Part shown: one piece after another, positions 14,033 through 25,700 of the stretch
Layout: each line of letters opens with the position of its first letter
Position numbering within the stretch: the first letter of the stretch is position 1
Source: Phoronis australis
Lineage: Eukaryota; Animalia; Phoronida
Direction: 5' to 3'
DNA length: 63,915 nucleotides
Assembly (NCBI GenBank): GCA_002633005.1
Contig: NMRA01000366.1
Coordinates: forward strand, 122,307 to 186,221
The notes under the pieces: model-generated
Told to the model about the DNA's origin: nothing
Database searches by the model: none
What the model saw: the letters and a program-made list of their open reading frames with translations, nothing else
Made by a program: the position numbers and the translations under genes

Positions 14033-15369
14033 ATTGCCGCAAAGGAATTTTTTTAATAGAAAGTGACAGTAACGACACACTCGCGTGGAAAGTGAGGGCC
14101 CTTTTGCATATCCAAGGAGACTGGGGCTTGACAAGGAGGCCCACGCAAAGCGCGAGAACGCGTAGAGGGTGTGGTGTGTTAGGAACTAGCATTTGATTTG
14201 CACTTGATAAAGTCGAAGGAAGCGACTTAGACAAGAGACTTAGACAAACTTCTGAGTCAATACATTACGAAGAATACACGGACGGTGAACTTCACTGACT
14301 TGTCTTCATTCTTAATGTTAGAGTAAGCTTCATCCATAGTCATACAGAGGGAACAGGGGTTGCCCATGGTATAACCCTCAATTTTCTCGATACCACATTA
14401 AATTTATTGGGATCTCTGGCACAACATCTCGTCCACACTGTGAAATTTAGTGTAAGTGTAACAGGAACACACGAATGATTAGAGTAGTCCAGAAAAAAAT
14501 ATTGGAATGCATATGTATGAACCGTGGTCTGGTATAAATCTTGCTAAATCTGCTTTGTGTGTGTTTTTCAGTTACAAAATTTCTTTTAAATTTTAAAAAC
14601 CTCTAACGATCGAGAACATTCTCAAATCCAATGTCAATGTCAGCGCATCGTTGCCCAGCGGTGAGGCATCATCGCATATACACCTTGTTTAAATAAAGTC
14701 CACTACAAATAACTTACTTTATACCACATTATTAGCGTCAAATGGCAAATACAACCGTGTAATAACCCATAAAGTTATCTCGGGCGATAATTCTCCAAAA
14801 TCCACTCGGGCTCTAGATAACAGGGGATAACGACTTCACCATGTAATAATCTATATATAACTTGCGCAGCCATTTCATATTGCGTACATTAATGGCTTCG
14901 TTGGAAATCTAATACTGTGGTGGAAAACGGTCGTAAACAAACGTGATCATAATGTATCTAGAATTTCACGGATTTACAGTGCCAAAACCATGGTGATTTG
15001 CTGTTGACAGTTTAAATGGACATGTAGCGCTTTGGCGGCCGAAAAACGCTATTTTGGAATTGGTTTTGGAAGAGACTTATTGAAAATATTTAGCTTTGAT
15101 CAGAGCTATAAAACAACAAAATCCATTGTTTTGTGATTTGATTGAAATTTGCCAAAAATCGCCGTTGGCTGCCAGTCATTCGTTGAAATCGAGGCCGGTG
15201 ATTTTACTATTTATGGGAGCTTAAAGACACTCCTTCTGCTTCATGAAACGGATTTTAACGCTAGTTAGTTCAGTTAAAACTCAAGCCCTAATAGTACTCA
15301 ACAAAATCTTTTAATTTTTATTTCCGGTGGTACAATTTACTTACGTACTTGTAAACATGGTGGAATCTG

Positions 15370-16860
15370 TTACCCAGCGTCGTCGTCAGCTACGTGCCCA
15401 TCTTCATCGGGGGTTTCGACCTTGACCTAGAACCCTCTCTGATGGTAGGTGTCTGAAGGTTGATCAGACCTCCAGCCGACGCTGGGGTTGCCATTTGTTC
15501 TCGCGTTGTAATCACAGCCACACGGTTACTTCCTCCATCGCTCATATTGCAGACTTGAACACATCAACTCGCCCTCTTGATGAAATACCCAGTAGCTTTG
15601 TCATCCGCCACAGGCTGCCTGCTATGAACCCTCGACATCCAACTTCTATGGGAAGACAGAAGCATTTCCATCCATTCGCTGCACATTCCTGCGACAGCTC
15701 TGCATACTTGATCGAGTAGTTTCCTCTCGTGAGCCTCCTGCACTCTAGTCTCCCACGGCACAGTTAACTCTATCAAAATCACTACCTTCTTACTGTCTGA
15801 CCACAACACTATGTGTGGTCTTAACTGTGTGACTGCAATATGTCTCTAGTGACCACATCTACCACTATCTTCCAGTCGGCAGCCATGCCTAGCACACCCG
15901 AATCGCACTTCTTAGTGGATATTCCGCCTTTGTAAGATTGGATGAATGCCTTGCCAGAGTTAGTCACCTTCATTCTCTTCAGATCTAAAACATGTGCAAC
16001 ACACTTAATTATCTTGTCATCGCGCCAGGTGTACTTTCCTGTAGTTAGAGGTTCTCTACAGCAGGATAGAACGTGTTCTAAGGTACACCGCTTGCCACAG
16101 CCTCTGCAGCTGTCATCGTCAGTTTTGCCCCACATTCGAAGATTGACAGGAATTGGGAGAGTGTCATATATGGAGCCAAGTAGGAAACCCAGTCTGAACT
16201 GGTCCGAAGACAGAAGATCTTTACCAGTTATCCTTCTGCTGAACACCCCTTCCCATGATGTCCTTGCACCCTGTTTCCTCAGTCCGACTGCTTCAGCATA
16301 TCTTCTCTCATTCTCCTGAGATCTAACTTCGTCCAGAACCATTTTGCGCCTCTCTTTGCCTGTTGACGACATCCACCTCTTCCCTGGAACCATACCCAAT
16401 CCCTGCTTTCCATGGCAGGCGGTGCCCACGATGTCTCTATTCCTTAACCTGCTCTAGGCCTCCTCCACTGCCACAGCAGCCTTCCACTTTCTTCCAGAGT
16501 CTACCGATAATTCGCTCTCTCTGATCATCTCATCTCTTGAGTTCCGCAGAGTCAATAATGTTCTGCATTTTACTACCTTGAACTCCTCCACAATCGATGT
16601 CACTGGTAGAGAAACAGCACCTCCTTTGATGTAAAACCCGTGTCTTGCAAAGCTTGGTGGGACACCTAACCACTTCCCTAACCATCTGCTCACCATCCTT
16701 TCCATTTTCTCTGCAGAAGAAATTGAGAAATCATACATTGTCAGTGGTCACATTACTTTAGGGAAAAGTCCAAACTGGTAACACCGGACTTTAAATCTGC
16801 CCGGGAGACCACTCTTCTCAATCTTGATCCAATTGACGCTGAGCTCCTTGATGGCTGCCA
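15370..16860 (-). mobile_element. 5'-truncated, decayed RLE non-LTR retrotransposon (Hero-clade-like)
   Basis: broken ORF pieces: KIEKSGLPGRFK..YQFGLFPK, WLGVP...LPVTSIVEEFKV...GRKWKA, CxxC..TLEHVLSCC knuckle, YTWR, RPHIVLWS..VILIELTVPWE..AHERK (restriction-like endonuclease); stops and frameshifts; short 3' UTR ~15370-15490. Confidence 0.85.
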
Positions 16861-16861
16861 A

Positions 16862-17517
16862 GAAAGGCACCGTGACGTAAAGTATTGCGGAGAGGCTAAG
16901 GCTCAACCGGAAGTCCAGTTCCCGGAATTTAGGCACGTCATCTACATCGGGGACGGAACCTACGAATTGGAGACGAAAAAGAAGACCATCCGCCGGAACC
17001 TGCCGCTTCAAATAGGCGTCTTTATTTATCAGTACGCGAAGTTGCGCATATTAGAGTTTTATTACGACTTCATGTTGAGATTCGTCGACAGATCCGAATT
17101 CGAATATTGCAAGATGAACACAGAATCGGCGTACATGTTTATATTCGGTAAACTCTAGAGGACGTGATTAAACCAGACATGCAAGCAGATTCCGAGAGGG
17201 AAAAACATCTTTGGTTTCCGCAAACAGATACGGAAGAAAACGAGGCCTACGACACGCGCACGCCCGGCTTATTGAAATTTAATTCGAAAGAGACTACTGC
17301 ATCGCGCTTTGCTCTAAAACGCATTACGTGGGGACGGACGACGGTAAATCACATTTTAGCTGTAAAGGAGTATAACTCGGCCCTCAACAAAGGATTTCGG
17401 TTAGGCGGCGATAACACTATGTATACCTACCTGCAAAAGAGGTGCTCGTTCACCTACCTTTATTTCAAAAGACAAGTGTTCGACGACGGCGTCATCACTG
17501 GACCTTTGAACATTTAA
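16862..17517 (+). pseudogene. C-terminal fragment of protein-primed DNA polymerase B (Polinton/Maverick/adintovirus type)
   Basis: LPLQIGVFIYQYAKLRILEFYYDF, degenerate DTDS motif (NTESAY), RTPGLLK, CSKTHY, SCKGV, NKGFR, YLYFKRQVFDDGVITGPLNI-stop; frameshifts. Confidence 0.85.
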
Positions 17518-18767
17518 TTCGGGACATTTAATAATTTGCTACTATTAGTTGGCTACTTTTACGGATAATGGTGTTTGAACGTCTTGGTGATTTTTGTAGT
17601 GTATTCAAATTTACTTTGTAATTAATACACGTTTAAACAATATCAGTTTTATGTGGTGGTCACATCACATTATAAATATTATTAGTTTAGTACCGTCGGT
17701 ATCTGGGTTAGACTTTACGCGACATCTGTCGTTGATTTGAGTGGTTATCCTCTTATCATTTGTAGCGGAATATAAGCACCATTTGTTTTTGATAAATGAC
17801 AACAATATGCAACGACGACACTTGGCACACGCGAAACAATGTACCTTTTCAGCAGCGTAATCCCTCTTTTGTTTCGGCTCTCGATCCGTTGTGAGGAGCC
17901 GCAAAAACGTGCCACGAAAGCACCGAGGTGCCTCTCTAACGGGTCCAATTAAAACTATTCCGTAATGAGGTGTGACGTCATTGACACATCCGTCCGGTAG
18001 GATGATGATGTCCCTTCATAGGCGCCAAAACCTCTTACTTTACTACTTCGCTGTCTTCACTCCAGGAGGCATCATTTCAAGAGCTTCAAATCACCAATTT
18101 CGTATCAAAAACACCAAAAAACAATCAACCCCACCAGTCGATCAGCTGTCTAATTAGAACACACGACTATTTTACTTAGCTGATTTCCGAGTTACGAGCA
18201 TTTGATACAACCGGTCAAGCATTAATCCTCCTCCATTTTGTTTACTTGGACATCGCTGTTCATTCCCGTGCATGGTTTATCGGTACAAAAAGGAATGTCG
18301 AGGCTAAACGTAAATACGACTGAGGGGGAGGGGGAGTTAGTGCGACAACTTGGTATTTGACCACGCTGCGGCTCCTTTTACTTCCCCACTATTACACATC
18401 GGAACTACTTGGCCCAGTAATTCTGCAATTGTAACTGAGAGCGTGAGACCAAATGAAACAGGCCCCTGGACTGAAGGTTGCTCAAGTGGACTGAAAGAGG
18501 GATCCCAGAGATGCTCTGTGGTTTTGCAACACAAAATTAGAACTGTGTTCGGTTGCAGACGAACTTGAATGACCAGCCGCATAAAGGCTGCAAACTCATC
18601 AAGTTCAAACATTATTCTCCTGCATACATTAATTAGAACTTTTCAGTTTGGGATACTCAGAATCACGCGCAAACTAGCCTACCAAGACGGCGGAGACATT
18701 CGACGGCGGTAAAACATAATATAACTAATCTTTCCTACTGGACTCTGAATAGAAAATATGACGTAAT

Positions 18768-19440
18768 TGGAAGGGCTTCTGGGAGCAAGGTCATGTGAAC
18801 TTTTGTGGCTGCGTTCTCTGAAAATCTATTTTGTCATTTTCACTAAGCTAAATAATTATAATTTTATCCACTGCATAAGTTTTAGAACAAAATGAAAATC
18901 ATTTTCTCCAATTTGACGTTTAAAGTTAGTCAAGTAAAAAAAACGGACGTTCTGGTTCTCGGGTGAAGCATCATCATACTAGCTGCCTTTGTGCGGCAAA
19001 GCTGTACATTAAATATACAGCTTTGCGCCGATGTGGGTAAAAAACTGAACATGTAAAATCTTTACCCGGCGAATTTTTTTTNAGAACTGTATGTAAGGGC
19101 ATTTTTCGCATGTAGTTCATGGGCTGGGCGCTTACTTTAGCAAAGTCTGAAAACGCGTTGGGGCACTTGTTGAGCCATGGGCGCTAATTAGGGCGAATAG
19201 CGGCAGAATTACATACAACAGCGTAGTTTAATGCACACAAATTACACGTCGTGCAAACCAGTCGGCCATCCCGTTTACCATCAACAATCCCAGTAGCCTT
19301 TGCGCACCCTAATTTCCGGACATGCGCAATCGTTAAATCGATTCGGTTGCAACTCCGCTATTGGAAGGGCTTCTGGGAGCAAGGTCATGTGAACTTTTGT
19401 GGCTGCGTTCTCTGAAAATCTATTTTGTCATTTTCACTAA
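18768..19440. repeat. ~80-bp direct duplication (18768-18847 / 19361-19440) around a single-N join
   Basis: attggaagggcttctgggagc...cattttcactaa occurs twice; N at 19082. Confidence 0.8.
18926..19081 (+). repeat. interspersed repeat, near-identical to 55643-55797
   Basis: ttagtcaagtaaaaaaa.cgg.cgttctggttctcgggtgaagc...ccggcgaattttttt in both places. Confidence 0.85.
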
Positions 19441-19604
19441 TAAGCGAAACCCTGGATTTCTGAACTATAGATACTTATGTAATCTCCCCACTCCCGTATA
19501 GCATCACGCACTTTAACAATAACATTTCCTTCAAGCAATAGACAAATCTTACAAAGGTTTTAGAAATATGCACCAAGTCAAAGGGACCTGTTCACGTCGA
19601 ACGC

Positions 19605-19640
19605 TATAAAAGCCTATATACAACAGACCTGGGGTCACTG
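19605..19640 (+). promoter_or_regulatory. TATA box and Inr-like element of the secreted polyprotein gene
   Basis: CTATAAAAG with TATAAAA at 19605-19611; TCACT Inr-like at 19635-19639 about 30 nt downstream; ATG at 19668. Confidence 0.65.
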
Positions 19641-19667
19641 AGCCGTTCGAACGAGTTCGCCAGAATC

Positions 19668-19715
19668 ATGAAATTGTGTCTAGTGGCGTTTTACTTAGTC
19701 TGCGCTGTTGCTTTG
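19668..19715 (+). CDS. polyprotein exon 1, signal peptide MKLCLVAFYLVCAVAL
   Basis: ATG, Lys, hydrophobic core; gtaagg donor, phase 0. Confidence 0.8.
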
Positions 19716-22700
19716 GTAAGGTCTCTCTTCAAACTTTGACTGGTCATTTGTTAATTGGGTTTTGGACTTTTCATGTAAACAATTTGCTCGAGAACTGAAT
19801 CGATACTGAAAATGTCAAAACACAGAGTAACGTTGTTTGGTCAAGATTGAAAGTCACTGTAATGGACGGTAGTTGTTCAGTCGAGTCAGCTACTTAAGGG
19901 AAATAACTGAAATTTATTTTCAGTAATGCGAAAAATTTAGCATATTATTTGTATTGCGTCTAACGAAACTGTACCATTTACCAGTAAAAAAAACGCTTCG
20001 GAAATGATTAGACTGGTCGTGTGTAAAGGTCATGTGTATGAAAGACAGACAGTAAGCAGATTTAACATTTAAAAGTAGTTGAAATAAGGACAAAACTACT
20101 TTTAAAATCATTTATTTTGTTTTGTGGCGCTCTAATGTTTTGATTACCTTTAAGTTTAAAACTGTGTCATTCCAACGTGCAATGAAAAGTCGTTCGAGTA
20201 CACCAAAGTATCAATAATTTCCTGCTCAGTCGATATCAGATACTGAAGGAAAACAATTGAAATTTATTTTCGGTAATTTGAAAACATAATGTATTTGCAT
20301 TGCATCTAGGGAAATGGTACATTTACCAATAAAAACGCTTCAGAAATGATGAGACAGGCCACTATGGTCGTATGTATGAAAGACATTCGGTACATTTAAC
20401 ATTTAAAAGTAATACTCTTGAAATAAGGAAAACTACTTAACCATTCGCTTAGTGCTGCTCTCAAAAATTTTCCACCGAACACATAAACCATGTTTAACCA
20501 TTCTTGTACATCTCTCGCGAAGACAAAGATACACTTATCTTGAAGTAATTGAATTGAAAATGATAATATGGTACACAATAATAGTTACTCTTGCAGTGCT
20601 CTGCCAGACCGAGTACTAACGATGTGCCTGTTGGGAAGGCAGGAAACTCTGTCGGTGAGACTGTAAGAAGTCTTATCGAGGAATTGCGGGGAAGTCTCGA
20701 GAGCAGCGAAATAAAAAAATCACGTAAGTAACTTAAATTTCACCTGTGCTACAATATTACCAGTTATTTGAACAGCAGCTCAAACGGTCGTCTAAAAGCC
20801 TCTCTAAATGATGTGATTACCGTATGGGGCAAGTTGCGCTATGAATGACTCGAGAGCATGCGCGCACCCAGCCTAAAGTATAGGGGAGTTCGAAATTTTT
20901 CGGTGTGCGGACCGTTAAGTGAAAGAAATCAACGAGGACTAAAAAAATAAGAAACGGTACCACTTGGTTCAGGCCCACGAATTGTGCATCTGCGCCGACT
21001 TCCTGTGGGATTTTGTGGGCTTTTGTCTCGTTTACTCGGACTTTTTGTTTCACTGAGGCGGACCCTTTTAGCCCAATACGCCAAATTGGGGGGCCTCGTC
21101 CGAGCCCACCGATCCCTCCTGGATGCGCCGATGGAGAGATTGCCGACCAATCTGAGTAGCTGCATACTATTTCTGAAACGTGGACGGAATAGAACGAGAG
21201 AATGCAACTTGTAACGTATCGACAATATTATCCATTAAACTGAGCCGTGATTGCATCAGCCGCGCCACTCTCGCTTGCACGAGCCTAGATTTTTCACTTT
21301 CGAAGTAAGCACTGTATCGGAACGTTCAGCACTTCAATTCAGACCATTCGCAATGGGCAATGCAGACGTAACCAACTTTCCACATCGAAAGTTCAGTGTC
21401 GTAAACCTGAGCATTCGTTAAGATTATTTAACGTTGTGCTTTAATGGGTAATGAACAGTAAAAATAATGTTCGATATAAAAAGCATCAGAGCAGACGGTT
21501 TTTATTCAAAACAGTAACTCGAAATATTTTTGACCTTCTTCCTTCTACTTTGATACCTATTCTAACAAAAACATAGTAGATATACATTATTACATGGCGA
21601 AGTCGTTATCCTTGATCTAGAGCCCGGTTGAATTTTGGAGAATTATCGCCCAATGGGCGTTACCCCTGGGGACGATAGTTTTACAAAATCCGCGAAGGCT
21701 CTAGACAAGGGGAATAACGAATGAGAACATGCAATAATCTATATCGCATATTGAACGGTAAACATTGCAATGAATCGATCTGCCTTTCACGACTCGCCTC
21801 GGCTTTGAAACTACTTTTAAGTGACAGAAACTCTGCGGGGTCGGAGGTCAGTGAACTTCTAAGAAATGCCGAGTTATTTTTGTTAAAATGTTTTTACTTA
21901 AAATCAACAGAAAATTTAAACAAAATAGAAACAAAATGCGCCCATAAGATAGTTTCAAGCAACTAGTCTAGCTTACTACACATCTTATCATGCCAAGCTT
22001 CCACCGAGAAAATACCGTCTGCTTAAAAGCAGGTTAACACTGGTTACCGAGTATAAAGGTCAAGTCAAAGGATCCCCACCGACACGTTACCCGCATTCAA
22101 ACTGGAAGCCGATGATTTCCATTTGAGAGAAAGTGATCGACAAATTTGCCTGAATGTCGTTTATATTGAGATTGTGCGTCGTATTTTTCACAGCGTATAA
22201 ATATAGATTATTACATGTTCTCAGCCGTTATCCCCCTTATCTAGAGCCCGAGTGGATTTTGAGAATTTTGGAGAATTATCGCCAGAGGGGCTAACGCCCC
22301 GAGGGTGATAATTCTCCAAAATCCACGAGGGCTCTGGATAAGGGGGATAACGGCTGAGAACATGTAATAATCTATTTATACCACATACTAAACGAGAAAC
22401 ATTGTAATGAATCGATTTACCTTTTCTGACTCTCCACGGCTTTGTAACTACTTTCTATGTCAGAGGCCCGGGGTCGGAGATCGTGACCTTTTAAGAAAAG
22501 TCGGGCTTTTTTGTCAAATAATGCTTTTAATCAAAACCAATTGAAAACTTAAATATAATAGAAATAAATTGAATATATAAATTAAGGTTTACCAACTATT
22601 ATAGCTTAAAACACATTTTTTTCACGCTAAGCTTCGACCGGGAAATTATCGTCTGCTAAAGTAGGTTACCACTGGTAACTGAATATAATTCTCAAGTCAA

Positions 22701-25700
22701 AGATCCTGACGACATGATACCCGCATTCAAACTGGAGATCGGTGATTTACAAGTAAGAGGACATGAGAGAAAAATTTCACTGAATTAAGATATCATTTTT
22801 ACGGAAATTATGTGTCTTATTTTTCGTAGCGTATATGTACAGTACGATGCGGTTTGTTGAACATGCGATTATTGCGCGTGCTCATTTAAAGGAGCATGCC
22901 AACCAGAAACAACCTAATTTGTATCAATTTAGATCGAGTAGTTCTATTCCATAACGACACGTACGGTTGCGTTACCTGACACCTGACGGCAGACGGAGGT
23001 GTTGAAGTTGGAGAATCTTTGTGGAGATATTTCAAATTCATTTAAACCATAAAAGGAGCTAGTTTCGTCTGACGATTAGTTAATTGAACACTCTATTTCA
23101 GCTGCCACGCCCGAAGAAATCAATGACGCAATTAGAGCCTTGGTTAAGGCATGGCCTGGAATGAAGAAAACCTTTGACGACGTTAATACAGATATCGAGG
23201 AATTGGGCAATAAAACTGATTCCAACAGTACGTCAATGCCTTGTCTAGTATCAATTAGTAAATATTTTACTTTCAAAGTAACTGACAGCTTTCCTAAAAG
23301 TAGTACATGATGAAAATCTTCATTTTTATATTTTAACAATCTGTGAGGTTTGTGGGTGGAACATCCTGGAGAACACAGAAGCCATTTTGCGAACGAACCC
23401 TTGAATTTGGCAATATTTTGATTATGTTTTCTCCCATGCAGCGTGCACCGTGGTGCCGTTCATAAATTTAAAAGCTTGGCCAACGTAAGTCTAGAAACCG
23501 CAACATACCGAGGCAATTCCAGGCCACGAAAACCCTACCCTAAACACGTTTGACGACCTCTTCCGTCGTAATGTACTCTTCTTTCGTTGGTCGGTCCTGT
23601 ACCTCTCAAAGAGGGCCTGACTGGTGATTGGGAATCTACTGTGTCTTTTTCTATTTTTATGCAATTGTGAATCTGCTCTTCATGGGGTTTTTAACGATGA
23701 TGTCAATTGTCACTCGTCCTACAGATATACTATGTCTTAGTTCTATTCGGTTTACCTCTCTCAGGAGGCCCCTTGAGGGATAAGGTCAACTCTCCTCTTC
23801 GCTCCCTACAAATCCGGCACTGACACAAGATATGCAGAGCTTGGCAGGACAAAACGTAATCGATAGCTCCCAGTTTTCAGAATTTTATAAATGAGAGCAC
23901 ACGGTGAAGTGGAAATTTGAATTTTCAGAGGCATACGGACTCTAGGAACACGGGTTCCGTAAAATCAACTAATATTTGAAGTAATCCATAATATGGTTAG
24001 CTGTAAAGGAAATTTATCATTGGTTGCCTAAATTCTGATGTACAGTGACTGCGAGAATCAAATGGTGTGTCGTTTTTCAGAGAATGATCTACTTGAGGTA
24101 TTGAAAGGATTGTGGAAGGATTTGCGCACAAACAAAAGGAGCGCACGTTTGGCATATTTGACATTTGAACTCATTCTGAATAAAATCACTACTTACGGTA
24201 AGTTTCACACCTCTATATGTTGCATCTAACCTTTGTCATTGCCTGGAATCCAGACTATGGTAGAATTAGACTCTGGTTTACATCTTGAAAACGAGGCCAT
24301 TTGTTTAGATTGTTGACCATACTAAGCTACGATCTGATTTGTATGCGTATTTCAATATTTAAAACTTTATCTCCCATTTTATTTCAAATTGTCTTTTGTA
24401 CAATAAGTTAACCAAAAAGTTATTAACAAATTTCCCTGGTCTCGGTAAAAGTAAAATGCAGGTAGGTAAAGTTTGGCAATTTTTTTATTTTTTCTTCTTT
24501 TAAGATAATCACGTGATGTTTTCCTCAAGCAGTAAAATTCTGTGAAAGGTGGAGAAAAGCTAAAAATTAAGGTTGAAGTGGGGCTGCGCTTCGTTTTTGT
24601 TTCGTATCAATTATAGCTATAAACCTCCAAGAAACTGACTTAAATTCATTTTATTTAAGTCTTAGACTCGTTTCAACTTCCAAACTTTTGAAACTTCCAC
24701 ATCCGCTATAAGTTAGTTAAAATTAAGACAAAAATTTAGTAAAAAATTCGAAGTCAAACTTAAGATCTCTTTCCTGAAACAGATTTGAGGCAAAGTTAAA
24801 TTTCATCTTAAAATTGGCTGAAATTTAATATTTGTCTAAGTTAAGTCAGTTTTCTTGGAACGTGTGCCTGAACTTAACCTGTGCCTAGAGGAGGCAACCT
24901 ACAATCATGGGTTTACATCACGTGACCTACAAATTACAAGCCTGATAACTGTGATGAGAAGCGATTTCTGTGTTTAGGAAGAACTGCAAGTTCGCAACGA
25001 TTTGAGATGATGCTCGGCGCTCAGTTAAAATGAAAAGACGTGACGATACGATAAATAAGCATTATGTAGATTGTCTTTTTATTGAGTGTGATTCTTCAAT
25101 TCTAGGTTACTCATGGGAGGTCCACAACAACCGACTCTATCATTTGATCTTCGTTGTCAGTATAGAACTATACGAAACTGGTGCCATGAGTAAGTGAACA
25201 GTTGCATTTTAATTTCATGTTCTCAGTCATTTGGACCATCAATTACTTCAGCTTTCAATGTATTAATTTTCACATCGACTTTTCAAAATAGAAATCTAAT
25301 AATGGAAAGTCAAGCACTACGAATTTGTCTTTTTTTCTTAATTACACGTAAATGAACGAGTATTTCGACTGTTAAACTTACTCTCTCAAGTAATGTTGAA
25401 TAAGAGTAACTTATGTTTTGCCAATCGCATTATCGTTTATGCAAGTTTTACTGTCAATATTTCTACATTTTTAACAGGGGCCGAAGGAGAAGAATTCATC
25501 AAAGCCTTCCACGCAGATGTCCAGGGAATACGAGACGACATTAAGTGGCTCGCTGAGGAAGTGGCCTCCGATCTTCCACAGTTTAAAAAAGGCATGTCAG
25601 TCTTTTATGATATTGTTACTGATAGCCGATTGCCACGCCCAAAACTAGCAGCGGCACCATTGGGAATTATGAGCATCAATATAGGCCTACCGTTAACTCG

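Noticed and set aside
13206-14234. Long ORFs spanning N gaps (also 51347-52723 and 56142-56531)
   Set aside because: Length comes from Ns and the (GT)n repeat, not coding sequence
15375-15440. Hammerhead ribozyme in the retroelement 3' UTR (minus strand has CGAAAC and CTGACGA)
   Set aside because: I could not build stems I-III with a valid cleavage triplet in any permutation; an Infernal search would be needed
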